Source of the DNA: Octopus sinensis
Lineage: Eukaryota
Length of the DNA: 64,000 nt
Reading direction: 5' to 3'
NCBI RefSeq assembly: GCF_006345805.1
Contig: NC_043025.1
Coordinates: 7,874,001 to 7,938,000 of the forward strand
A model generated the notes under the pieces. It saw nothing but the letters and a program-made list of their open reading frames with translations. It made no database searches and was not told where the DNA came from. A program made the translations under genes and the position numbers. Numbering within the stretch: position 1 is the stretch's first letter; each line of letters begins with the position of its first letter. Below are positions 13,375 to 26,722 of the stretch, one piece after another.

Positions 13375-13625
13375 ATAAATGCGCCCTTTTAAAGCCTAGC
13401 CAGGCTCACGGGCCCGGGTTCCCAGTTTCAATGGCGTATGTGTTCCCCAGTTGGACGGGACGCCAGTCCATCGCAGCGTTACTCATTTTTGCCAGCTGAG
13501 TGGACTGGAGCAACGTGAAATGAAGTGTTTTGCTCAAGAACACAACGCGTCGCCCGGTCCAGGAATCGAAACCACAATCTTACGATCATGGTGCTGACAC
13601 CCTAACCACTAAGCCACGTACCTCC
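13375..13625 (-). mobile_element. tRNA-headed SINE family D (related pieces 44505-44650+, 45770-45925-)
   Basis: On minus strand: ttagtggttagggtgtcagc A box, gtttcgattcc B box, ttgagcaaaacact box, (TTTA)n tail. Confidence 0.75.
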
Positions 13626-13963
13626 ACACAGTATACATTGGTAGGCCATTAAAATAAACACACCAGATTGTTCATTTATAAAGTTGTTATTGTTATTATT
13701 ATTATTATTATTATTATCATTATTATTATTATTTTCATTAGCATCTTCTTTCAATTGTCTCCATTTCTTGCCGAGTGTCTTCCTGACACCTAGGGCAGAG
13801 AAACGCACTGTATACATTGGTAGACCATTAAAATAAACACACCAGATTGTTCATTTACAAAGTTGTTATTATTATTATTACTATTATCATTGTTGTTGTT
13901 GTTATCGTCATCATATTACACCTTCCCTCATCTTTACTTATGTGGCCCTTTCCTCATCAACAG

Positions 13964-14104
13964 GCCCTCTGTGGGATGCTCGAGATGGACATTATTGAAA
14001 GCAATGACCTGAAGATGCAGATGATCACCACACTGCAGACAACAGCCACAGGGAAAAAGATGTACACAGCATTGTGTGAACGACAAATCGCTCTGAGGGA
14101 GTTG
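13964..14104 (+). CDS. CMIP: CMIP coding exon
   Basis: tcctcatcaacAG / GTCAGT, 141 nt, ALCGMLEMDIIESNDLKMQMITTLQTTATGKKMYTALCERQIALREL. Confidence 0.93.
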
Positions 14105-14149
14105 GTCAGTGGAATACCTTACTACATTCACATTTTGCCTTATTCTCTT

Positions 14150-15850
14150 TCTTTACTCCATGCTCTTTTTCTGTTTTTTTCCTGCCCTCCGTCCTATCTA
14201 TTTTTCGGTTTTTTCCTGATTCTCTCCTTTCGACTTCTGTCTCATTCTATTATCAGTTTTTTCCTGTTTTTCAGTCTTCTCTCTTTTGACTCTTACCTTA
14301 TCTTGTCTTGCCTTTTTCTGTTTTTTTTTACGCCTCACACTTTGACCCCTGTTTTATTCTGCCTACTGTATTTTTCTGTTTTTTTCCTACCCTCGACCTT
14401 ATCTTTTTCAGTTCTTTCCTGATTCTCTCCTTTCGATTCCTGTCTCATTCTGTTATCAGTTTTTTCCTGTTTTTCATTCTTCTCTCTTTTTCACTCTTTC
14501 CTTATCTTGTACTGCCTTTTTCTGTGTTTTCTCATCTCACACTTTGACCCCTATTTTATTCTGCCTACTGTATTTTTCTGTTTTTTCTTCTCTCTTTAAC
14601 TCCTACTTTATCTTGTCTTTTTCTGTTTTTTCCTGCCCTCGGTCCTATCTATTTTTCGGTTTTTTCCTGATTCTCTTCTTTTGACTCCTGTCTCATTCTG
14701 TCATGCGGTTTTTATTGTTTTTCATTCTTGTCTCTTTTTGACTCATGTCTTGCCTTTTTCTGTTTTTTTTTCATCTCACACTTTGACCCGTTTTATTCTG
14801 CCTACTGTATTTTTCTGTTTTTTCTTCTCTCTTTAACTTCTACTTTATCTTGTATTGCCTTTTTCTGTTTTTTCCTACCTTCGGTCCTATCTTTTTCTGT
14901 TTTACATTCTTTTACTTTTTGACTCCTATCTTATCTTCTCTTGCTTTTACTGCTTTTTCTTCTCACACTTTGACTCTTCCTTATTCTGTCTAGTGTCTTT
15001 TTCTGTTTTTTCCTTCTCTTATTGACTCCTACCTTATTTTATATTGCCTTTTTTCTGTTTTTCTTCAATCTCTTTTTGACTTCCGCCTTATTCTGTTTCA
15101 TCTTCTGTCTTCTCTTCTCTCTTTTCAGCTCCTACCTTATTCTCTCTTGTATCTTTTTCTGTTTTTTGGGGGGTGGGGAGGTTCTTTTGCCTTGTCTCTT
15201 TTTGACTCCTGTCTCATTCTGTCTTATATCCTTTTCTGTTTTTGCTTCTTTCTTTTGACTCCTGCTTTATTCTGCCTTATATCTGTTTTTGTTTTTACCT
15301 CTTTGACTTCTGTTCCTTTCTCTCTTGTATCTTTTTCTGGTTTTTTTGGGGGGGGGGTCTTTTGCTTTGTCTCTTTTTGACTCCTGTCTCATTCTGTCAT
15401 ATCTTTTTCTGTTTTTGCTTCTTTCTTTTGACCCCTGCTTCATTCCGCCTTATATCTGTTTTTGTTTTTACCTCTTTGACTTCTGACCCTTTCTCTCTTG
15501 TATTTTTCTGTTTTTCTTCTGTCACTTTCTGTAATTTTTCCTTGTTCACTCCCCTTCATGTCCTTTTAGTTCTGCCTTCTAATCTTTTGTGCTTACCCCC
15601 TTTATCTATCATCTGTTGTATCCAGTTCCCAATTCTGTTCCTTCTCCTCCTGTCTTCAATCTTCTGCTATGTCCCTTTATTTCTATCTTTTGTGATTCTG
15701 TATTGATCGTCTCCTATCTTCTGCCATTTATGTTATTTTATTCCTTCTGATTTCTGTTTTCCATGCTGTTTTTCCCTGCCTTTTAAAAAAAGAATTTCTG
15801 TTTTTTCATCCACATTTAATATTATTTTCTGTTTTGCTTTTCTGGGGGCG
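14150..15850. repeat. ~1.7-kb pyrimidine-rich degenerate tandem repeat in a CMIP intron
   Basis: Recurring ttttgactcctgtctcattctgtc and cactttgaccc.gttttattctgcctactg blocks. Confidence 0.8.
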
Positions 15851-16351
15851 ATGTATTAGTGGTAGTAATAAAAAAAGGGTAAAGGCCCTTTTCAGTCATG
15901 ACTGACCATGGGATTGCACCTAGAAAGTTCCCCTCTGAGGCACAAGTCTGGGCGAGGTTGTTTTATGGAAGACCTGTAGTCACTCATGCATGCCAGCCTC
16001 CCCTCTCCATGCCACCAGTGTTATCCAAGGGAAAGGCAAAAGGGGCCGATACAGATTATCACCAGTGAGGCAGCAAATCCTTTCTACGGCTGAGTGAACT
16101 CTCTTTACTCTTTTACTTGTTTCAGTCATTTGACTGCGGCCATGCTGGAGCACCGCCTTTAGTCGAGCAAATCGACCCCGGGACTTATTCTTTTGTAAGC
16201 CCAGTACTTATTTCTCGGTCTCTTTTCCCGAACCGCTAAGTAAGGGGACGTAAAACACACCAGCATCGGTTGTCAAGCAATGCTAGGGGGACAAACACAG
16301 ACACACAAACATACACACACACCACACACATATAATATATATAATAATACA

Positions 16352-16420
<69 letters not shown>

Positions 16421-16929
16421 TATGACGGTTTCTTTCAGTTTCCGTCTACCAAATCCACTCACAAGGCTTTGGTCGGCCCGAGGCTATAGTAGAAGACACT
16501 TGCCCAAGGTGCCACGCAGTGGGACTGAACCCGGAACCATGTGGTTGGTAAGCAAGCTACTTACCACACATCCACTCCTGCACTGGAGCAATGTGAAATA
16601 AAGTGACTTGCTCAAGAACGCAACACCGAGCCTGGTCCAAGAATCGAGCTCACTGCCTCTTGATTGTAAGCTCAACGCTTTAACCACTGAGCCATGTGGT
16701 AGTAGTAGTAGTATTATAGTAATAGTGGTGATGGTGGGGGCAAGATTTGAAGGTAATGGTAGTAGTAGTGTTAGTGGTATTCGTTGTGGACCATTGTTTG
16801 TGGTGGTATAATGCTAGTAAGGGTAGAAGTAGTAGTAGTTGGGGTGGTGGTCATGATGATGGTAGTACTTGTGGCACAGTAACAATAGCAGTGGTGCTGG
16901 TGATAGTGATGATCATAGTACAATGACAG

Positions 16930-17312
16930 TAATAGCAATAGCAGTAGTAGTAGCAGTAGTAGCAGCAGTAGTAGCAGTAGTAGTAGCAGCAGCAGCAGTA
17001 GTAGTAGTAGCAGCAGTAGTAGTAGTAGTAGCAGCAGTAGTAGTAGTAGTAGTAGCAGCAGTAGTAGTAGTAGCAGCAGTAGTAGTAGTAGTAGTAGTAG
17101 TAGCAGTAGTAGCAGCAGCAGCAGTAGTAGTAGTAGCAGCAGTAGTAGTAGTAGTAGTAGCAGCAGTAGTAGTGGCAGCAGCAGTAGTAGTAGCAGCAGC
17201 AGTAGTAGTAGTAGTAGTAGTAGTAGTAGCAGCAGCAGCAGCAGCAGTAGTAGCAGTAGTAGCAGCAGCAACAGTAGTAGTAGCAGCAGTAGTAGTAGTA
17301 GTAGTAGTAGTA
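16930..17312. repeat. (AGT/AGC)n trinucleotide array
   Basis: Direct reading; explains the poly-L and poly-V/A ORFs. Confidence 0.97.
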
Positions 17313-17429
17313 GGTGTATGGTAGTGGTGCTAGTTCTTTAGCAACGTTGTTGTTGGTGGTAGGTGCTATTTCTGTGGTGGTGGGCCTGTAAAAGTAACAT
17401 AGTATATAGAGTGATGACCGGGGGGTTGA

Positions 17430-18522
17430 CTGGTGGTGGTGGCAGGTCAGTGACCTCTAGGTCAGTACCAGTCGCAATGCTGTTTCAGTGGTGGTGTGCT
17501 TGTAAAAGTAACGCAGTGTATGGAGTGGTGGGCAAGGTTTGACCGGTGGTGGTAGTGGTAGCAGGTCAGTGACTGCTAGGTCAGTACCAGTCGCAATGCT
17601 GTTTCAGTGGTGGTGTGCTTGTAAAAGTAACGCAGTGTATGGAGTGGTGGGCAAGGTTTGACCGGTGGTGGTAGTGGTAGCAGGTCAGTGACTGCTAGGT
17701 CAGTACCAGTCGCAATGCTGTTTCAGTGGTGGTGTGCTTGTAAAAGTAACGCAGTGTATGGAGTGGTGGGCAAGGTTTGACCGGTGGTGGTAGTGGTAGC
17801 AGGTCAGTGACCTCTAGGTCAGTACCAGTCGCAATGCTGTTTCAGTGGTGGTGTGCTTGTAAAAGTAACGCAGTGTATGGAGTGGTGGGCAAGGTTTGAC
17901 CGGTGGTGGTAGTGGTAGCAGGTCAGTGACTGCTAGGTCAGTACCAGTCGCAATGCTGTTTCAGTGGTGGTGTGCTTGTAAAAGTAACGCAGTGTATGGA
18001 GTGGTGGGCAAGGTTTGACCGGTGGTGGTAGTGGTAGCAGGTCAGTGACTGCTAGGTCAGTACCAGTCGCAATGCTGTTTCAGTGGTGGTGTGCTTGTAA
18101 AAGTAACGCAGTGTATGGAGTGGTGGGCAAGGTTTGACCGGTGGTGGTAGTGGTGGCAGGTCAGTGACCTAGGTCAGTGTATGGAGTGGTGGGCAAGGTT
18201 TGACCGGTGGTGGTAGTGGTAGCAGGTCAGTGACTGCTAGGTCAGTACCAGTCGCAATGCTATTTCAGTGGTGGTGTGCTTTTTAAAAGTAACACAGTGT
18301 ATGGAGTGGTGGGCAAGGTTTGACCGGTGGTGGTAGTGGTGGCAGGTCAGTGACCTAGGTCAGTGTATGGAGTGGTGGGCAAGGTTTGACCGGTGGTGGT
18401 AGTGGTAGCAGGTCAGTGACTGCTAGGTCAGTACCAGTCGCAATGCTATTTCAGTGGTGGTGTGCTTTTTAAAAGTAACACAGTGTATGGAGTGGTGGGC
18501 AAGGTTTGACCGGTGGTGGTGT
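17430..18522. repeat. 119-bp minisatellite, about 9 units including two internally deleted units
   Basis: gtcagtaccagtcgcaatgctg recurs with a period of 119 (17461, 17580, 17699, 17818...). Confidence 0.95.
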
Positions 18523-18527
18523 TGTAG

Positions 18528-18908
<381 letters not shown>

Positions 18909-19899
18909 TGAAATACAGCTAAGTATTTCGCCCGGCGTGCTAACGTTTCTGCCATCTCGCTGCCTTCCCAAACAATATCAACATCTTCCACCCCTTACAT
19001 CTTCCATGCCCCTCCACGACCATTTTCTTTTTTTTGTTAGACTCAAACATAGTCGAGAATGTCTAGACATGACTATTGTCAGTTCTGAGTTCAAACCCAG
19101 CCTGGAATTATATACACATCCAGGAATAACACACCTGATAATGAGAGAGAATTAAGTTTACATCTTTTACCTGTTTCAGTCATTTGACTGTGACCATGCT
19201 GGAGCACCATCCTGAATGGTTTAGTCCAGGACCCCCTTAGCCATTCATCATCATCATCGTTTAGCATCCGCTTTCCATGCTAGCATGGGTTGGACGGTTC
19301 AACTGGGGTCTGGGAAGCCAGAATGCTGCACCAGGCCCAGTCTGATCTGGCAGTGTTTCTACAGCTGGATGCTCTTCCTAAACGCCAACCACTCTGTGAG
19401 TGTAGTGGGTGCTTTTTACATGCCACTGGCACAGGTGCCAGACGAGGCTGGCAAACAGCCACGGTCGGATGGTGCTTTTTACGTGCCACCGGCACGGGGC
19501 CCAGTCGAGGCTGGCAAATGGCCACGGTCGGATGGTGCTTTTTACGTGCCACTGGCATGGGGGCCAGTTGAGGCTGGCAAACGGCCACGATCGGATGGTG
19601 CTTTTTACGTGCCACCGGCACGGAGGCCTGTCGGGGCGGCGCTGGCAATGGCCACATTCGGATGGCTCACTTACGTGCAACCGGCACTGGTATCACAGCT
19701 GCAATTTCCATTGATGTTGATCGATTTCAATTTTGATTTCCACTTGCCTCAACAGGTCTTCACAAGTAGAGTTTTGTGTCCTTTGAACTGTGGCCATACT
19801 GGGGCACCACCTTGAATAATATATATAAATACATATCTTTCGTCCTTTACTTGTTTAACTTGGACTGTGGCCATGCTGTGGCACTACTTTGAAGGATTC

Positions 19900-20255
19900 T
19901 GTTGAATATCAACATCATCATGATGACATCCACAAACACCATCCTCCTCTTCATCATCATTATCACCACTGCCATCATCATCATCATCATTGTCATCACA
20001 ATCATCACACCTCACCACTACCATTGTCATTCATCATCATCATCTTTGTTGTCACCACCATCACTTCTCCCCACCAACACCACCACCACCACCATCATCA
20101 TCATCATCGTCATCACAACCATCACACCTCACCATCAGCATTATCAGTCATCATCATCATCATTGTTGTCACCACCATCACTTCTCCCCACCACCATCAT
20201 CATCATCATTGTCTTCACCATCCTTGTACCTCACCACCACCACCTCCATAATCTT
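19900..20255. repeat. (CAT/CAC)n degenerate trinucleotide tract
   Basis: Direct reading. Confidence 0.9.
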
Positions 20256-20300
20256 CAACCTTAATTCTAACCATTGCTTCTTTTTTTTTTTTTCTTTTAA

Positions 20301-20501
<201 letters not shown>

Positions 20502-21074
20502 TGACTGTGGCCATGCTGGAGCACCACCTTTAGTCGAGCAACTCGACCCCAGGACTTATTCTTTTGTAAGCCCTGTACTTATTCTATCGGTCTCTTTTGC
20601 CGAACCGCTAAGTGACGGTGACATAAACACACCAGCATCGGTTGTCAAGCAATGCTAGGGGGACAAACACAGACACACAAACATACACGCACACACACAT
20701 ATATTATATATATACGATGGGCTTCTTTCAGTTTCCGTCTACCAAATCCACTCACAAGGCTTTGGTTGGCCCAAGGCTATAGTAGAAGACACTTGCCCAA
20801 GGTGCCACGCAGTGGGACTGAACCCAGAACCATGTAGTTCGTAAGCAAGCTACTTACCACACAGCCACTCCTGCTTTATTTTTTAATATTCTGAATGAAA
20901 TACTTATCGACATTTCGTCTGCTTTTATGTTCTGAGTTCAAATTCCACTGAAGTTGACTTCACCTTTCATTCATTCGGAGTCAATAAATTAAATACCAGT
21001 GAAACACTGGGGGTTGATGTAATTGACTAGTCACCTCCCCACAAATTTCAGGCCTTGTGCCTACAGTAGAAACG

Positions 21075-21128
<54 letters not shown>

Positions 21129-21899
21129 GAGTGAGAGCGCAGTTCATGCCATCAAAGTGACACTGGGGTAAAATATACGAAGCCCAGTATACCCATCATG
21201 ACTACCCATCTGATAAGGGTACACTAGGCACATGCATCACAACCATATGTGCGCAACAAAGTGATCTCATATCAATATAAACAGCACATGACCTTGCGGT
21301 TGGGGCCCACTTATAATTTCCTTCTGGTCGAGTAACCTGCTCAAGATGTCCCTGAATAAGAGTTGTTTAAGGATGTTGAAAGAACCACCCATGTTTCCAG
21401 AGGTGAATTATTCAAACCCCGAAGAATCCCTCTCAACACATGGCTATGATGCTCCCCCACTACTTCTGCTCGTGATCAGAGATGCACATATCGTCAGCCA
21501 CTGAGGGACATGGCCAACTGGGTAAGGTCAAGCAACTGACAAGCAAATCTGTGGTATTGAGCAGTATATTTGCCAGAGAGAAAGAGAGAGAGAGTGTGAT
21601 AGAATAAGTGCTAGGCTTTAAAAAAAGCCCTCGGGTCAATTTGACTAAAACCCTTTAAGGCAGTGCTCCAGCATGGCTACAGTCTAATGACTGAAACACT
21701 TTGGGCATGACATTTTGAGGTGGTTACTAGCCTACTACAGCGACCCCAGTGCTCAGCTGGTACTTATTTTATCTACCCCAAAAGGATGAAAGGCAATGTT
21801 GACCTTGGTGGGATTTGAACTCAGAACGTCACACATTGGAAGAAATACTACAAAGCATTTTGTCTGTCATGCTAATGGTTCTGCCAGCTCACCATCTAA

Positions 21900-22502
21900 T
21901 CTTTATATATAAAAGGGAGGTTGTGTGCTGTCTGTCCCCTTCGATTTAGATTCCTAACTACTCCCACATTTTGCGGTGCAGTTTAACCAAAACCGGGTAT
22001 CTTATAGTCGTGATTCATATCGAGCCCTTCTGGGTATTAGCGTGCGTCTACGATGAGTCTACGATTTAAAAAGAAATTACCATCATTTTTTTCCATTTTA
22101 ATGGATTTTTTCGCTATTATATAAGGGAAGTAACTCTCTAAAAATGTCTACGATGAGTCAACGATTTAAAAAAAAATTTACCATCATTTTTTTTCCATTT
22201 TAATGCATTTTTTCGCTATTATATAAGGGAAGTAACTCTCTAAAAATGTCTACGATGAGTCAACGATTTAAAAAAAAATTTACCATAATTTTTTTTCCAT
22301 TTTATGCATTTTTCCGCTATTATATAAGGGAAGTAACTCTCTAAAAATGTCTATGATGAGTCAACGATTTAAAAAAAAATTTACCATAATTTTTTTCCAT
22401 TTTTAATGCATTTTTTTTGCCATTTTTTGGCTATAACTCTCTAAAGATGCTTATATAGTTATTTCCCTTACAAACCCGAGCAACGCCGGGCGATACTGCT
22501 AG
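21900..22502 (+). mobile_element. Non-autonomous Helitron with expanded internal ~100-bp repeats
   Basis: A|TC ... cccgagcaacgccggg ... CTAG|T; same family as 5443-5831. Confidence 0.88.
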
Positions 22503-22649
22503 TTGTATTATAAGTTATGTTTAAACTACCATTATCTCCATATTCAGTGATCTATTTTAATTAATGATCTACCTTCATGCTACCATATCCCACCATTTGT
22601 CCCCCTATTTACTTAATTCACCCCCTGTTTACCTGTTTTCTTTTTCCAG

Positions 22650-22720
22650 CTTTGAAAAATTTACGGAAATTAAATTTGAACAGTACCTGTCTTTCAGCCC
22701 TGACCTTTGAAGGTCTCAAG
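22650..22720 (+). CDS. CMIP: CMIP coding exon (LRR)
   Basis: tttttccAG / GTAAGG, 71 nt, (A)LKNLRKLNLNSTCLSALTFEGLK. Confidence 0.95.
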
Positions 22721-22869
22721 GTAAGGTTTCCTCTAACAGAGGTACTTCTACTTGGTTACTCCATCTGCTAGACATACCAGTCAAATGCCTCTTGCACAGT
22801 TGTCTTAAAATATGAAGGACACACTTGATAAAAGAAGTATTATATATGTGTGTGTGTGTGTTACTCTTA

Positions 22870-23905
22870 TTCTTTACTCTTTTACTTGTTTCAGTCATTT
22901 GAATGCGGCCATGCTGGAGCACCGCCTTTAATTGAGCAAATCGACCCCGGGACTTATTCTTTTGTAAGCCCAGTACTTATCCTATCGGTCTCTTTTGCTG
23001 AACTGCTAAGTGACGGGGACGTAAACACGCCAGCATCGGTTTTCAAGCAATGCTAGGGGGACAAACACAGACACACACACATATATATATATATACATAC
23101 ATATATACGACAGGCTTCTTTCAGTTTCTGTCTACCAAATCCACTCACAAGGCTTTGGTTGGCCTGAGGCTATAGTAGAAGACACTTGCCCAAGGTGCCA
23201 CGCAGTGGGACTGAACCCGGAACCATGTGGTTGGTAAGCAAGCTACTTACCACACAGCCACTCCTATGCCTATATATTCTCTTTTCTCTCTTTTTTTCTC
23301 TTTTTACTTGTTTCAGTCATTTGACTGCGGCCATGCTGGAGCACCGCCTTTAGTCAAGCAAATCGACCCCGGGACTTATTCTTTGTAAGCCCAGTACTTA
23401 TTCTATCAGTCTCTTTTGCCGAACTGCTAAGTGACGGGGACGTAAACACACCAGCATCGGTTGTCAAGCAATGCTAGGGGGACAAACACAGACACACAAA
23501 CATACATGCACACATACATATATATATACATATATATATATACGACAGGCTTCTTTCAGTTTCCGTCTACCAAATCCACTCACAAGGCATTGGTCGGCCC
23601 GGGGCTATAGCAGAAGACACTTGCCCAAGATGTCACGCAGTGGGACTGAACCCGGAACCATGTGGTTGGTTAGCAAGCTACTTACCACACAGCCACTCCT
23701 GCGCCTATATATATCTATATATATATATGATGGGCTTCTTTCAGTTTCCGTCTATCAAATCCACTCACAAGGCATTGGTCGGCCCAGGGCTATAGCAGAA
23801 GACACTTGCCCAAGATGCCATGCAATGGGACTGAACCTGGAACCATGTGATTGGTTAGCAAGGCGGTGCTCCAGCATGGCCGCAGTCAAATGACTGAAAC
23901 AAGTA
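22870..23905 (-). mobile_element. Tandem SINE-A cluster in the last CMIP intron
   Basis: Two full copies and one partial copy on the minus strand, plus a + strand tail fragment. Confidence 0.85.
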
Positions 23906-23941
23906 AAAGAGAGTAAAAGAGTAAGAGAGCCATCCTGAAAT

Positions 23942-23983
<42 letters not shown>

Positions 23984-24052
23984 CTGGATTCCTGGCTTTC
24001 ACCCAAGTAGCCTGGGTTCAATTCCCGGCATGGGAATGCCTGCCTTTTTTAT

Positions 24053-24210
24053 AGGCGTAGGAGTGACTGTGTGATAAGTAGCTTGCTTATGAACCACGTG
24101 GTTCCAGGTTCAGTCCCACTGCGTGGCACCTTGGGCAAGTGTCTACTATAGCCTCAGGCCTACCAGAGCCTTGAGTGGATTTGGTAGACGGAAACTGAAA
24201 GAAGCCCATC

Positions 24211-24243
<33 letters not shown>

Positions 24244-24409
24244 AATAGGCATAGGAGTGGCTGGGTGATAAGTAGCTTGCTTACCAACCACATGGTTCTG
24301 GGTTCAGTCCCACTGCGTGACACCTTGGGCAAGTGTCTTCTACTATAGCCTCATGCCAACCAATGCCTTGTGAGTGGATTTGGTAGACGGAAACTGAAAG
24401 AAGCCCATC

Positions 24410-24440
<31 letters not shown>

Positions 24441-24610
24441 AATAGGCATAGGAGTGGCTGTGTGTTAAGTAGCTTGCTAACCAACCACATGGTTCCGGGT
24501 TCAGTCCCACTGTGTGGCACCTTGGGCAAGTGTCTACTATAGCCTCAGGCCTACCAGAGCCTTGAGTGGATTTGGTAGACGGAAACTGAAAGAATCCCAT
24601 TGTATATATA
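24053..24610 (+). mobile_element. Three tandem SINE-A 5' halves
   Basis: Head+CORE+(TA)n repeated; ends about 100 nt before the terminal exon. Confidence 0.85.
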
Positions 24611-24706
24611 TGTATAGAGAACGGATTTTATATAATAGATAATGACTCTCCCTTTACACAACAAAACGCATTTATAAATCTTTCCTTTGTTTTTCTCTTC
24701 CTGTAG

Positions 24707-24760
24707 GAGAAGCTTCCTGCCCTCCAAGAATGTGACGTCAGATACACTGAGGCGTGGTGA
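24707..24760 (+). CDS. CMIP: CMIP terminal coding exon with stop
   Basis: ctcttcctgtAG, EKLPALQECDVRYTEAW-TGA; matches the recalled CMIP C-terminus DVRYTEAW. The ten exons sum to 1012 nt (1 nt + 337 codons). Confidence 0.97.
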   Translation, partial: EKLPALQECDVRYTEAW

Positions 24761-25057
24761 GACCCCTGATGCTGGCACAACACCCTCTGGGACATCAGCT
24801 AATCAGATTTACAGGTGGAATAAGCAGAAGCAGATACAAGCTACAAGAACCTTGTTACACCTTCGCATACCGATGCCTCTGTCTCTATGGCAACGATTTG
24901 AAAAAAAAAAAAAAAATGTTCTTTCCATGGTAACAAACCATAAACGTTTCTTTTGGTGACTATAAATCGAAAACTCTAGTCCTAAAGGTTCTTGAGTCAC
25001 ATGTGACTCGTGCAGTTTTAGCAGTCGAGTCTTCAGTCAAAAAATTAAAAAAAACGG

Positions 25058-25063
25058 AATAAA
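25058..25063 (+). promoter_or_regulatory. Candidate polyadenylation signal for CMIP
   Basis: AATAAA about 300 nt after the stop; no transcript evidence. Confidence 0.3.
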
Positions 25064-26722
25064 CAAGACAAAAACTGGAAAAAACTCCCACAAAACTTTC
25101 TATGGCAACTATAGAATTTTCTCATGGCAACGACTATATTTCCATAGCAACGCAACTATCTCCATGGTGACTCATATATCTGCATGGCAACGCAACTATC
25201 TCCATGGCAACATCAAATTTTTCCGATTGTATTATCAATGTACTCTATAGTGACCTATCGAATGTCAACACCGTCTCCTTGGCAACCACCAACAAAATCG
25301 CTAGGGTAGACCCCCAACACAACATCGTTTCTATGGTAACGTCTGCTTTGTGTCCATCTATGCCTGCCAATATCATTGACCCTTTTTTTTGACTTTCTGT
25401 TTTTGTTTGTTTTTCTCCATGGCAACCTCATATTCTCGTTGGCAACATTAACCTCTCCATCATTACACCAATGTTACCATAGCAACTCCAACTACTCCAT
25501 GACATCATCTGTCCCCATGACAACAGTATAACTGTCCCCATGACAACATGGTATCACCTATAGCAACCCCAACATCACTATGGTTACTAACGCCAGCATC
25601 TCACCCCCCCCACCCATTTGAAATCTTTGCTTCCATGGTGACGTGTATTGTATCCATGGTAACAAGTGGTATGTCCATGATGTTCAGGAACCATTCAAAC
25701 ACTTCCTGTTGTTGTTGCTGTTGTTGTTGTTGCTGCCAGCAGTCCAGTTTTCAAGAGAAAGCCTCGACATCCGTTTTGTAATTAAGTTCCTCGTTAAGAT
25801 GTTTTCAGCTTTCATTATCTGCTCAAAAAAGACGTGTTTTGATATTAAGGGTTTAGAAGTACATGTTTCACTAAGCACGTTGAGTTATTATTATCATTAT
25901 TATTATTATTATTATTATTATATTATTATTATTATTAAGGCAGTAAGCTGGCAGAGTCGTTAGCAAGTCAGATGAAATGCTTCGCAGCAATTCGTCCGTC
26001 TTTACATTCTGGGTTCAAATTCCGCTGAGGTCGATTTTTGCCTTTCATCCTTTAGGGGCAGATACAACAAGTACCAGTACCAGTTGAGTACAGGGTTTGA
26101 TGTAATCAACTTAAACCTTCCCTCAGTATTGCTGGCCTTGTGCCAAAAATTGAAATTATTATTATTATTATTCTTTCAGGGTTGATAAAACAAGTACCAG
26201 TCATGTACTGGGGTCAATGTAATAGACTAGCCAACCCCAATTTCAGTCCTTGTGCCTATAATGCAAAGTATTATTATTATTTTTTTTTTTCTTCTTTCAA
26301 ATTTGCTTCCATTTCTTGCCGAGTGTCTTCCCGACTCCTAGGGCAAAGAAACTCATAGTATACATTGGTAGGCCATTAAACTAAACTCAATAGTTCGTTA
26401 ATTTTTTTTTTTTTTCAAGTTAAATTAAAATACATGGGTAGTAATAGTTTATTATTATTATTATTGGTATTATTATTATTATTATTATTAGGATGGTGAG
26501 GTAGCTGAACCATTAGCACGCCAGGTAAACTGCTTAGCAGAAACTTGGTCAATCTTTACATTCTGAGTTCAAATTCTGCCGAGGTGAACTTCACTTTTCA
26601 TCCATTTGGGGTCAATAAAATAAGAACTAGTTAAACAATGGGGTCGATGTAATCAACTTTTTTTTCACCTGAAATTGCTAGCCTTGTGCCTAAATTTGAA
26701 ACCTTTATTGTTATTATCATCA

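Noticed and set aside
16771-17324. Poly-Leu and poly-Val/Ala ORFs resembling signal or transmembrane peptides
   Set aside because: (AGT/AGC)n array inside a CMIP intron
17430-18522. Regular repeat array considered as a possible CRISPR
   Set aside because: No unique spacers, eukaryotic intron, no cas genes
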